From the NCBI RefSeq assembly GCF_009914755.1, contig NC_060934.1: DNA of 64,000 bases. One strand, written 5' to 3'. Source of the DNA: the human T2T-CHM13v2.0 reference genome, Homo sapiens. Both the position numbers and the translations under genes were made by a program. The notes under the pieces are model-generated. The model was not told where the DNA came from. It was given only the letters and a program-made list of their open reading frames with translations, and ran no database searches. Of this stretch, positions 1-14,699 are shown piece by piece; positions within the stretch are counted from its first letter, which is position 1, and every line of letters starts with the position of its first letter.

Positions 1-499
1 CTTCCATCACTCTTGGGTACCTGATCCACCTTCCACCCTCATGGGCAAGGAAGGGGACAGGAAGGTCACCAATCCAACCAAGCCACAGTGCCAAATCCTG
101 TTGGTTCGTTTGTTTTCCCTTGGTTGGGTTATGTTTTCAAACCATCAACAGATTCATAGTTGCTAGTGGATGTCAAATTTCAAAACGGGGGAGTCCCAAT
201 ACAGTGACTTGTCCATTAGGAAGCCATAGGCAAGCCACTTACTTTCTCTGAGCTTCAATATCCTTGTCCCAATAAGAAGGCATCTGTGATTTGCTCTGAG
301 CACATATTTAGGGTGAGCTTTCACCCTAAAGATCTCAGCAACGGCAGCTTCTACCCACCTTCACACACCAAAGAGAGGGTGGCTTCCCTCCCAGCAGAAG
401 GCAACATCCCGCCATTCCAGTGTGCTTCTGATCAGGGCACAGAGAAGAGCCAGTTTCATCTTCTTTCTTTTTGGTCAACTCCAGGCATCTGCAACAAAC

Positions 500-1635
<1,136 letters not shown>

Positions 1636-3990
1636 TAGGCCACCAGTCCCCCAGGAGGTAGAAAAATTAGCAGGGCCAGGCTGTGCCCTTCTTCAAGATG
1701 GGCACTGGGGTGATGAGGGCTGGGGGCTTGAAACCCTTGTCTTGTGGGCATCAGGTCCCATGAGCCTGTGCTTTTGCCTTTTGGCCAGGACCTTAGGGCT
1801 TCGAGGCTGCTGCAGAGGCTGTCCAGCGGCCCTTATTGGAGTCGGGGAGTTGGGACTTGCTTTGTCTTGTTGTGGAAGGCCCGAGTTCTGGGAAGACACC
1901 ATTGAGACTTCAGATTGTGCTCCGACGTGGTTGGCAATGGTAGGGTGAACGACGGCATATTTGTGACCCTTGCCATTGGTTCTGGGCCAGAGTGTGGTGT
2001 AGATATGCAGTTCCTTTCTCCTTGGCATGCGTGGCACACCAGTTCTTGGCTAGGGCCCCTTCTGTGGACTGTGCCTCTCCCTCCAGATCCTCCGGCAGGA
2101 GGATGCTGTGGGTTGTCTCTGGAGCCCCACTGGGCATCCGGAGAGAGGGCATCAGGGAACGTCCCACACAATGAATGACCATCCCCAAATGGTCGTAGCA
2201 ACTGCAGATGAGAAGCAAGGGCCTAGCCTACATTTCAGGTGTTTTGTATGCAAAGTCATGTGCCAGTCAATCCTATGGACTGGTACACCTGTGGGTGAAG
2301 GAAATCATCCAGGACCCCTGGGCCAGAAACTGGCAGGCTGCTGAGGCTTGGCTTGGCACAGGACTCAATCCTGCCAGGGATTGTAGTTTCTGTGGATGCT
2401 GCATGCACTTTACAGTTTGCAAGGCTTATGTGCCTTCACCCTTTGAAGTTTTCAATCCAGAACAAAGTCCTGTTTCAGGGCTGAGCACACAGCTCCCTTG
2501 GTGATCTGGCTCTTCTCCATGCCAGGCTCACTGCTGGCCAGTCCCCACCAGGTGCCACAGGCCACACCCACATCATCTGGACATGCTTGCTCTTGTCTCT
2601 GGTCTTCACATGAGTGGCTCTCACCGTTGGGAATGTCCTTCTGCCTTCATCCACCTGACAGACTCCATCAGGAGTGGCCCCCCTGCCCTGGAGTGTTCAG
2701 GGATGCTCTTGCATAGGGCAGTACTTGCTCCTCTGTGGCTGCCTGGCATGTAGGACCCACGCCTGCCCTGGCATTTGCCACCCTGTCATTGTCATTCCTC
2801 ATCTGCTTGCCTGGCTCTCCGATGGGCTCAAAGGCACTGGTGTGTGAGGGCTTCCTCCACTCTATCTTCCTCCCCTGGGCCCAGCACAGAGGTGGCACAT
2901 GGTGTTAAATCCTTGTTTTGAACAAGACACAGCAGGACCCTGCCGGGGAGGTTGGGGCAGAGCTGTGACTTGGCTGCAGGTGGCTGCTGCCAAAGCTGGG
3001 GCCTTCCGGGCTGGGCTGCGCTGGCAGCTGCATCACTAACTGGTGAAATGACAAGCCACCTTGCCAGCACCACCCGGCCTGAGCCCTGGGGACTCATGAT
3101 GCCTGCATGATGACTCTTCTTGGAGGGAGACAGATGCCTAAAAATTTAACTGCAAAAATATTTATACAGAGATTTGTCACACATAGACATCTACATTTTC
3201 ATGTATAAATTATACATTAAACTCATTTGAGTTTCTGGTGCAGAAGATCCTTTTTCTGGTAATTAATTTTCTGATTTATAAAGAATGGAAAAGCAGGAAA
3301 GCACGCCGAGGAATGTGTGTATCCCAGGTCAGGATCCCGCTTGGATCCTGGCTCTTTGCTTCGGTCCTGCCTTTTGGAACTGTCTGGGCATGCCACTGGG
3401 GAGCCTGGGGGCTGGCCCTGCCCAGGAGCCGGAAGAGCTTTCGGCCGGAGGGTCCAGGATATACAGTATCTGCTTCATGTCCTGGGGTCGTGATGAAGGG
3501 TGGCAACAACTTGTGAGCTTTACGTTGACTGGGTGCCTACCCAGCCCTTGCTGCTCCCGTGTCCCTGCGGGGTGGCAGGGCAAGCTCCCTGATTTCATTG
3601 CAGATAAGGAAGGTGAGGCTCAGAGAAGTGATGCGCTACATCCAAGGTCATCCAGCTGCTACATCTCATGACTTGGATCTGGGGTCTGGTGACTGATTTT
3701 TTTTCTGTTCATTCACTTCCAAACTCGGAACTCCAATTAAACAAGTGAGCTGTGCACACATTCACTTGTTCACTCATTCACCAATTCATTCACTTATCCA
3801 GCATTACTATGTGCTGATTTCAGTGAATGGGGCAGTGCTTGTCCTGGAGACGGTGGGTAGATGGATCATAGGGAACACAGCCAACTCGAGTGCCAAGGGT
3901 GAGGCTTGGTTCAAAGCAGCCGTGCCGTGTCCCAGGGCGGGAATTGTGCGGGGACGGGCTCCACGGAGGAATCTTCTCTTCCTTCCCTTG

Positions 3991-4027
3991 ATGTTGCCAG
4001 AGGACTCAGGAGGCTCTCCAGATGCTG
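3991..4027 (+). CDS. SH2D4B: Candidate alternative first coding exon of SH2D4B (MLPEDSGGSPDA + G, phase 1)
   Basis: ATG 3991; 12 codons + 1 nt, then donor CTG|gtgaga; same phase as exon 1; GC box (GGGCGG ~3935) and CpG cluster just upstream. Confidence 0.6.
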
Positions 4028-5413
4028 GTGAGACCCCAGCCCCAGTTGATGTCCAGGCTCTTGAAACTGTCTTGAGAAAGAACTCGGGAATGAGTCAGAA
4101 TGATAGGAAAGGCAAGAAACTGTTAGTGAGAAGCGAAAGTACACACTTGAGAGAGAAGTGCGGGCGTGCTCATGAGAACGTGTCACACCCAGCAGAGTCT
4201 GGGTTTCTAATTTTATGGGTGTTTCTTTAATTAGGGGATGGAACAATTATTAGGTGTTCTGGAAGAGGAGGAGATTTCAGGGAACCCCCTGGGTTACTGT
4301 CTCCTTTCTCCCTTCTTTGGGTTTGCCCAGAAGAGCCATGGACAAGTCACCCTGAGTGGGATTTCAGCTGTTTTTACTCTCTTCCTTTGGGTTTTCTGTT
4401 ATCTTGTTGTTTCTTTGTCTTGTTCTTGTTTTAGCTGTTGTTTGGGTTTTTCCATGCTCCTGTGACCACCCAGTGCTATTCTTGTCTCATTGACAGGCAT
4501 CCTCTTTCCTGGTCCCCTCCCTACACATTTTTTTTCTGAAGGAAGCACCTGCTGTAGCCCTGCTGAGCTGTTTGCTGGCCCCTTGGGATCCCTGAGCATG
4601 ACGTGGGTTAGTCCTGGTCAGCCTAGAGTGACACTGGGCCTCCTCCGGGCCATCGTCCCCAGTGCTCTAAAGCCTTCCCTCTCCCCTCTTTTCTGGGAAC
4701 ATTCCTCGCTCCTGGCAAGCCTGGCTTTGCCATCCCTTGGGCTCAAGTAACACTCCCCATGTCCCTACAGACAGGCAGGCAGGACAAGGTGTGCCTTGTG
4801 CCTGAGAACCTCACAGCCCCGGAGTTGTGCCTGGTGAGGGTGCGAGTAAACACTGGTGATGTGAATCATTCTCCTTTACAGAACCTAGGAGGTTTTCTTG
4901 ATTCTGAGATCCACATTTGGAACCCACAGAAGTAAGCTTGGGTGAAAGCTTAGAGGCGGACTGTGAAAGGTAGGAAGGAGAGGAGATGAGGGCACGGCTG
5001 GACACATCACTCCTCTGAGCACATGGCATTTCTTTTCTGTTTTCACTTTACGCTTTGGCAAGAACCCTCTGATGTTCTATGCTGTGGTGGATGGTGTGGA
5101 CCCCTCAGCTTGGTAGGTTTTTTAAATCTAACATCATGCTTATTGTGCTATCACGTTTCTGACAAAGTTCGTTGTCCAGTATATTGAGTATATTGAGACT
5201 CAGAGAAGGCATGTTATCACATTATGTCCCAGCAAGACTTCAGTCAAACCCCTCTAGCATGGCCACGACCTGTGCAAGCTCGTTCTCTCCTCATTCTCCT
5301 TGGCCACCACAGGAATGCACATCCTGTGTTAGGAATTATGAACTTCACAACCCTGTGGACTCCTCTCTGCTTACTCAGTCATCCCAGGTTCTCAGGGCCA
5401 GAGCTGGGTGTGA

Positions 5414-5789
<376 letters not shown>

Positions 5790-6175
5790 CTGTCAGTTTT
5801 ATCTTGATTGACAGTTTCTGCTACTGTTAAATTGGTTCCTCTGTGACCGCCTCTCATCCTTCTGGATGCTTTTGCCTGGGAGCCAGACGTCTTTCCCTCC
5901 CGCTCTTCCCACTCTCCTGTTTGTGAATCAAGCCTGCACACTCAGGAAGCTGCTTCTTTCCTTTAGGTTTCCTACCAGGCAGCCAGCCTTCCTATGCCTG
6001 CTCACTGTCCTGCCCTCATTCCAGCCAGCAGAGTGCTCTGAGCCCAGTGGGGTTCCAGCCTCTACTGCCTCCATTCTCCACAGCTGGGCTCAGGATGTGC
6101 TCCCAGATGCAGCCCTGGCCTGGGGCCTAAGGGACTCACCCTCTTTAGCATCTTCTTTATTTCTCAGCATCAAGT

Positions 6176-7763
6176 TGAGAGGTGACAGCGTGCTGGCTGT
6201 CCTCACAGCCCTCTCTCGCTCTCGGTGCCTCCTCTGCCTGGGCTCCCTCCCACTTTGGCGGCACTTGAGGAGCCCTTCAGCCCGCCGTTGCACTGTGGGA
6301 GCCCCTTTCTGGGCTGGCCAAGGCCGGAGCCGGCTCCCTCAGCTTGCAGGGAGGTGTGGAGGGAGAGGCGCCAGCGGGAACCGGGGCCAGCGCGAGTTCC
6401 GGGGGGCGTGGGCTGGGCGGACCCCGCACTCGGAGCGGCCGGCCACCTGGCCGGCCCCACCGGCCCGGGGCAGTGAGGGGCTTAGCACCTGGGCCAGCAG
6501 CTGCTGTGCTCAATTTCTCACCGGGCCTTAGCTGCCTTCCCGCGGCGCAGGGCTCGGGACCTGCAGCCCTCCATGCCTAAGCCTACCCCCTGCCTCCGTG
6601 GGCTCCTGTGCCGCCCGAGCTTCCCCGATGAGCGCCACCCCCTGCTCCACGGCGCCCAGTCTCATCTACCACTCAAGGGCTGAGGAGTGCGGGCGCACCG
6701 CGCGGGACTGGCAGGCAGCTCCACCTGCAGCCCCAGTGCGGGATCCACTGGGTGAAGCCAGCTGGGCTCCTGAGTCTGGTGGGGTCATGGAGAACCTTTA
6801 TGTCTAGCTAAGGGATTGTAAATACACCAATCGGCACTCTGTATCTAGCTCAAGGTTTGTAAACACACCAATCAGCACCCTGTGTCTAGCTCAGGGTTTG
6901 TGAATGCACCAATGGACACTCTGTATCTAGCTACTCTGGTGGGGACTTGGAGAACCTTTGTGTAGACACTCTGTATCTAGCTGATCTGGTGGGGATGTGG
7001 AGAACCTTTTTGTCTAGCTCAGGGATTGTAAATACACCAATCGGCACTCTGTATCTAGCTCAAGGTTTGTAAACACACCAATCAGCACCCTATGTCTAGC
7101 TCAAGGTTTGTGAATGCACCAGTCGACACTCTGTATCTAGCTACTCTGGTGGGGACTTGGAGAACCTTTGTGTCCACACTCTGTATCTAGTTAATCTGGT
7201 GGGGACGTGGAGAACCTTTATGTCTAGCTCAGGGATTGTAAACACACCAATCAGCGCCCTGTCAAAACAGACCACTCGGCTCTACCAATCAGCAGGATGT
7301 GGGTGGGGCCAGATAAGAGAATAAAAGCAGGCTGCCCAAGCCAGCAGTGACAACCCACTCCTGTCCCCTTCCACACTGTGGAAGCTTTGTTCTTTTGCTC
7401 TTTGCAATAAATCTTGCTATTGCTCACTGTGGGTCCACACTGCCTTTATGAGCTGTAACAGTCACTGCGAAGGTCTGCAGCTTCACTCCTGAAGCCAGCA
7501 AGACCGCGAGCCCACGGGGAAGAATGAACAACTCCAGAGGCGCCGCGTTAAGAGCTGTAACAGTCACCACAAAGGTCCGCAGCTTCACTCCTGAGCCAGC
7601 GAGACCACGAACCCACCAGAAGGAAGAAACTCCGAACACATCTGAACATCAGAAGGAACAAACTCCGGATACACCGCTTTTAAGAGCTGTAACACTCACC
7701 GCGAGGGTCTGTGGCTTTATTCTTGAAGTCAGTGAGACCAAGAACCCACCAATTCCAGACACA
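6176..7763 (+). mobile_element. LTR12C-type (ERV9) solo LTR, full length, sense to SH2D4B
   Basis: Starts TGAGAGGTGACAGCGTGCTGGC, ends CCAATTCCAGACACA; CpG-rich 5' part; tandem CCAAT/TCTAGCT U3 repeats; AATAAA at 7320 and 7406; U5 repeats; flanks aagt/gagt. Confidence 0.93.
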
Positions 7764-8371
7764 GAGTCACTCCCACTGCCCTCATGGAAACTGTATGACA
7801 CCATCCTTTTCACTAGGCATTTGGCTTCCCTGTTTCCTGGGCCCATCCAGTAGCCACGGCAACCTTGCCTGCTGGGCTTGGGCCCTCTTGGCTTCCGTGT
7901 GTCCTCTTTCCAGGCATGGATGTCCTGACCTTGCATGCCAGCCCTGCCTGGACCCCTGCATGGAGCCCTGCACCTGCCTGCAGACATTCCCATGGTGGCC
8001 CTGATCTCAGTGCAGTCCCTGCCCACCCTACCTCAAGCTCATCCCTACAATTCCTTCCCACAGCAGCTGCAGACCTTTGGACACACGAGTTAGCTCACGT
8101 ATCCCCCTGCCTCGATGGTTTTCATGGCACTCATGAAAGGCACAGGCCTTTGCTGGCACCTGCCCACCTCTTCAAGCTAATTTCCACCATGTGCATCCTT
8201 CTGCATGGAATGCCCTTTCCCCAGATCCTCATGAGGCTCTTCTGGGTCATCATTCATCTCTCGGTTGAATGCAGAGTTCTTCACTGGTCACCCACTCGCA
8301 ATGAGCCCCATCCCAATCTCTCTCTTTCAAAACCTGCCTACTTTTCTTCCTAGCACTTAGCATGTCTGCAA

Positions 8372-8620
8372 GTATATTTTTAAAAATTATGGTAAAATAC
8401 ACATAACATGAAATTTACCATTTTAGCCATTTAAAGTGTGTAATTCAGTGACATTTAGTACATTCAAAATATTGTCCAACTATCACCACTGTCTAGTTCC
8501 AGAACATTTTTCTCACTTCAAAAACAAACCCCGTAGCCATGAATGGTCACTCCCTAGCCCCTCCTGTGCTCAGGACCTGGCCACCACTGATCTGCTTTCT
8601 GTCTCCGCGAATTTGCCTCT
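8372..8620 (-). mobile_element. L1M 3' end fragment
   Basis: ggtaaaatacacataacatgaaatttaccattttagcc... typical of an antisense L1MB-type 3' end. Confidence 0.7.
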
Positions 8621-8873
8621 TCCTCCTCTTTCTTCTCCTTCTCTCTCTTCCTCTTCTTCCTTTCCTCCTCCTTCTCCTTCTTTTGCTTCTCCTCCTCCTC
8701 TCCTCTTTCTCTTACTTTCTGTCCTCTTTCTTCTTCTCCTTTCTCTCCTCCTCTCCCTTTTCTTCTTCTCCTTTTTCTCCTCCCTCTCTTCTCCCTTTTC
8801 TTCTTCTTCTTCCTCTCCTCCTTTCTTTTCTCCTCCTCTTCTCCGCTTTCTTCTACTCCCTCTCCTCTTGCTC
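8616..8873 (+). repeat. CT-rich low-complexity polypyrimidine tract (~250 bp)
   Basis: Almost pure C/T (TCC/TTC units). Confidence 0.9.
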
Positions 8874-9345
8874 CATGTACCTGTTTGCTTGTTTACGGTC
8901 CATCTCTTCCATTAGCCTAAAAGTGCCATGAGTCCATGGATGTTGCTTGCATTGTTACAGTTTCTATCCCAGCATCGAGAACAAGGTCTGGGGCAGAGAT
9001 GGGGTGTGCATGGGTGAGTAGCGGCTAAGGTGCTTAAATGTGTGCTGTGACAGAGGGGTTTGACTGGGGACACAGATGCTAAAGGATTGCTTTTTTGAGT
9101 GAAAGGCTGTGTGCTGCACGATGTGACCTCTCCACCCCACTACACATCAAAAATCCTCACTAAAAGTATAGAAACCAGAATATATGTGTGCTTTGGGATT
9201 TGTTGTAGAGGCTGATATACAATAATATATGTATAAGCAATGATAAATCTGTCACCTTTTCACTTTTACTTACAACTCATTCCATTTTCTTATTTTCTCT
9301 CCTTTCTCTCTCTCTTTCTTTCTCTTTCTTTCTTTCTCTCTCTTT

Positions 9346-9645
9346 CTTTTTTTTTTTTTTTTTAGATAAGGTCTTGCTCTGTCATCCAGGCTGCAGTGCA
9401 GTGGTGCAATCTCAGCTCACTGCAACCTCTGCCTCCCAGGTTCAAGTGATCCTCGCACCTCAGCCTCCTGAGTAGCTGGGACTACAGGCGTGTGCCACCA
9501 TGCACGGCTAATTTTTGTGTTTTTTTTGTAGAGACAGGGTCTCAGCATGTTGCCTAGACTGCTCTCGAACTTCTGGGCTCAAGCAATCCACCAGCCTTGG
9601 CCTCCTAAAGTGCTGGGATTATAGGTGTGAGCCACTGCGCTGGCC
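9346..9645 (-). mobile_element. Alu (AluJ-like) with CT/TTTC-expanded tail
   Basis: Antisense Alu consensus. Confidence 0.88.
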
Positions 9646-9816
9646 ACTCATTCAATTTACATTTCTTGTTTTAGGATTTGAACTTGGGTTTTAGCCTGAC
9701 CAATGCTACTTTTTTTCTTTGCATTTACTTGGTGTATATTTGCCTGTATCTCCCACCACAGCCTTTTGATGCCATTTTGTTTTAAGAGACTGTCTTGGAA
9801 AATGTATATTAAATAG

Positions 9817-10122
<306 letters not shown>

Positions 10123-11466
10123 AGCATACGGTATTTTAAAACTTACTTTCATAAATGTATTCAAGCTAATTATCTTTATCAGGAATGAAACATGATCTAC
10201 TGAAGATGAGAAACATAAGCCTATTTTTATATTCTTCCCCATGGTTTTGTTGGTGTAATCAAGGATGGTAACCTCAGATTTTAGTTGATTTTGTTTACAT
10301 TATGTATTTCATCTCTCAAGATTTATTTTTTATGCTCATAGTAGAGGTTTTATAATGAAATCCCAATAACAATAGTTGCTTGCATGTTAACTCCACTTTG
10401 TCTGGTTTCATTGCTCCCTGTATGTTTTCCCTCTGAGGGGCAGTGATAAATGCTTTATTTCCCCTTTGCCCCACTGTACAAGTGATTTGTCCAATCAAGC
10501 AGCGCACCCCTCACTGTTGGGATTCTTAGCACATTACACTGAAGTCACTAAACACCATGGGAAATTCTTGCTTAAAGCTGCCTTGCGCCCCATCCCTAGT
10601 CTTGCTGTCATAATATGTTCTTGGGACACCATTGATTTTGGCATGCTGATTTTCCTTAACCTCCTTCTTCAGTGTTTTTTGTTAGTTCCAACAGCTTTTT
10701 GGTTGATTCCCTTGGACTATCTAGGGAGCCATGCTGCACAGGAACACTGGGAAGTCAGGGGAGCAGATGCCCCAGATATCTGGACCATAGCTCTTTGTAG
10801 CTGTTGTTCACAACCCCTTTCCTGGACACTGGGGACAGTGATTCCAGGACAGTGCTGGGAGCGGGAGGGAGGGGTTAGGGAGGTGACTGACAGAATCTCC
10901 TCCCTGGTGTCTCTTCGTGATGTTTATTTACCATTAGTGCCCCATTTCTTTTGTTAAGAAAACACTTCCTGTCACCATGTAAATATTCAAGGAACAATTC
11001 TCTGGAGGAAATACTTGATCACGTGTGTATAAGGAGAGAAAATGAGGTGTCTAGGGGTGAGGGACAGTGTCCAGAGCCCTATGGAGGACACTAGTTATTT
11101 CCAGGAAGACAAGAAGTAAGAAGCCTCTTGTGCCATGAGAGTTGGAAAGTTGGGGCTGAGTGTGGGTCTGAGGGACCAGTTAAGGCAGCTGGTGATGAAT
11201 GAGATATTGCCAGCTTCTGAAGGGGAGCCCCAAAATCAAACAAGAAGAAAATCATTAGAAGTGGATTTATGGTGACACAGGGCTGTCCACCTGACCCCAG
11301 AGAGATGTCCTATCACCTGTCACCTGTAGGTAGGTACCCCTTGAAGCTCTGGTAGGTATTTGGAAGGCAAGCAGACCCTGACACTCTTCCAGACTTCCCA
11401 CCCAAGGGATGCTCCCTTAGCTCATTTTCTGAGGGATTCTAAGGTGGGAAATAGTGTCATAGATCA

Positions 11467-11759
11467 TTTTTCTTTCTTCTTAGACAGTTTCACTCTGTCG
11501 CCCAGGCTGGAGTGCACTGATGTGATCTCAGCTCACTGCAACCTCCGCCTCCTAGTTTCAAGCGATTCTCCTGCCTCAGCCTCCTGAGTAGCTGGGATTA
11601 AGGTGCGTGCCACCATGCCCAGCTAATATTTGTATTTTTAGCAGAGATGGGGTTTCACTATGTTGCCCAGGCTGGTCTCAAACTCCTGACCTCACATAAT
11701 CTGCCCACCTCGGCCTCCCAAAGTGCTGGGATTACAGGTGTGAGCCACCGCGTCCAGCC
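11467..11759 (-). mobile_element. Alu (AluS)
   Basis: Antisense Alu consensus. Confidence 0.88.
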
Positions 11760-12497
11760 TCATTTTTCCACCCTTGGGTGGGCTTGATGTTATTTTCAAA
11801 ATGCCTATGGCATGGTGGATGGATCCAGGCCAACTCAATTTCATCCTGATTCCACTGGGGTGGCTTTGGAAAGTCACCCATGCAATGAGAATAACAACTC
11901 TTTCCCAACAGTTTTTGGAAGAATTAAAAATGCTTCTTCAACAAGGGGGACAGCTTCTGCCACCATGCAGGTACCTAAGAGCCAGGTCATGCTCGTCTCC
12001 TTCCTTTCTTGGTTCTGCTGGCAGATCCCCTTGGAATTAGTCTGGGCCTCTTCCTGAGTGCTCCATTGCTAGCCCTAGTCTATGGGACCAGCCACATCAC
12101 TGTCTAGCCAACCTCAGTTTTTCTGGAGTCTCAGCAATGGGGGGTGACTTAGGGAGCAAGGGCTTTCCTGTGTGTCTCAGATCATCAACCCTTGTGTAGT
12201 TTACACATTTACTTTTACTTTTTAGGATATATTGGAGGAAATTCAGTTTTTCCAATGAAGGGTCACTCTTGATTCTTGGGATGCTGATAAGCTTTTCAGA
12301 TGAATGATGTAAAGATGAGGCATCATGGTGGGTGCAGGAAGAGCACACAGAGAATTGCTGTGATCTGCTGGTAACTGTCGGCACAGCCTGTGGCCTGGGA
12401 CTCCCTGATTGTGATTGTGTGGCTAAACATAGGGCTCCCTCCTGAGCCAGGCAGTGGAACAAAGGCTAGGGATCTCCGAGAGCTGTGATGGGACTTG

Positions 12498-12498
<1 letters not shown>

Positions 12499-12544
<46 letters not shown>
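12499..12544 (+). repeat. (TG)23 microsatellite
   Basis: Read directly. Confidence 0.95.
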
Positions 12545-12546
<2 letters not shown>

Positions 12547-13610
12547 TTTGGCATGTGTTCTGCTGGCGTTTGGGGCATGGAGAGAGAGCTGGGGCCAGAC
12601 CTTTCTGTTCCATCTGCCTGGACCTTGAGATCCGGTATGGCCCTGCCGTGCAGTGGGTGCTTCGCCCAGGTTTGTGGCCTTGACATTGATGGGGCCTCAC
12701 TTTCTGGCTCCCAGCCTCCTGTTCTGCCTCCATACAGCAGCCAGAAAGGTGAGACAGCTGTGCAGATGAGTGAGCTCCTCAGGGGTGTAGTCTCAGCATC
12801 TCCCCTGGAGCTCAGACCCTTCATCTGTAATGGGCACGGTCTTTACTGAAACCACCTCCCTCCAGGGGAGGTTGTGGGGATTAAGTGAGCCATGTGCAAA
12901 GTGCCTGAAGTCCACCCGGCGTGCACAGCACCTGCCGAGGGCTTCTGGTTCCTTTGCAGCCTGCCACCTTGCTCTTGTTTCCTTCCTGCCTTCCTCAGGC
13001 CCAGCAGTGAGGTTCTTAGTGAGGCAGCTCCACTTGCAAAGGCCACCAGGGCCCACTGCTCCCCATCTTTAGCACCAGTGCTTTCCGAAGCTGCACAACC
13101 TCGACTTACCAGGTGGGCAGTGAGAGGAGCCAGAGCAGAGGCTGCTGTGAGCAGGCATGGGGTCACCCACAGTCACCGGTGCTGATGGCACTTGGTACCT
13201 GGCAGGCATGGGCATCCCCAGGGGTGAGGGTGGTTTCTGTGGCTGTGGAGAAAGATTAATATTTAATTAATTTAATTAATTAACAATTAATAATTAATTG
13301 TCAGCTTTGAATAATCTGTGTCCACAAGGAAAGAACTTGCAGCCTTAGTCAGCTAAGGGCTTTTGGTGGGGAGCGGGGGGTGGGGGAAAGGGGTCCCTGG
13401 AAGCTAAGGAGGATGGGTCGGATGGCAGAGCAAGAAGTAAAGGCAGCTGCATTCTATACTATGAAGGAGAACTCCTCCAGATGGAGGGCCTGTCAGGCCT
13501 GTGCTAGGCCCTTTAAGGGCCTCAGCTTATCTGACCCCTCAGTGACCTGGAAGATGCACCCCTATGCATTTCATAAAATCTAAGAGTGCTTGATTGAAAG
13601 ACACATCATT

Positions 13611-13921
<311 letters not shown>

Positions 13922-14340
13922 TTATGTCCTACTAAGAAAGCTGTAAATTAAACTATGATACATCAATGGTTGTAAGTACATCCTGATTGAAGAAATGTTA
14001 AAATAGGTGTCTTTGAATCAATGAATAAGGTATTATTTCCATTTTAGTTGAGCAAGTGGAATCTCAGAGAGGTTTAGCAACCTGCTCTAAAAAACAAGTA
14101 GGAGTTGGAATTAGAATCTGATCCTAGGCCTGTTCTTCCTGCCACAACATAGGAAGCTTCCTCCACACTGTTTCTGCCATGATGAAAAACATATATTGCA
14201 GGTGGTTAAAGATCAACACAAAAAAAGGAGAAACAAAATTATCAAAGTAATAAAAGAAAATATGAGACTCTGTTGGGGGAGAGTGAAGCCTTTCTTAGAA
14301 TAAAGCACAACAAGGAAAAGAAAAAGAAAAAGAAACATGA

Positions 14341-14652
<312 letters not shown>

Positions 14653-14699
14653 AACATAACTTGATTTTTAAAAATCTTAATAAAAGATGCCAAACTTAA

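Noticed and set aside
71-131. 12-bp inverted repeat upstream of the promoter (aatccaaccaag / cttggttgggtt)
   Set aside because: Short, one mismatch, expected by chance
5866-6531. 221-aa ORF and other ORFs in both LTR12 copies
   Set aside because: Run through GC-rich LTR sequence that is poor in stop codons; similar peptides recur at 49011-50442
6770-7260. Regularly spaced repeats that superficially resemble a CRISPR array
   Set aside because: These are LTR12 U3 tandem enhancer repeats: the spacers repeat too, the context is eukaryotic and there are no cas genes
8436-8931. Ser/Pro/Leu/Phe-rich ORFs resembling membrane proteins
   Set aside because: Translation of the CT low-complexity tract
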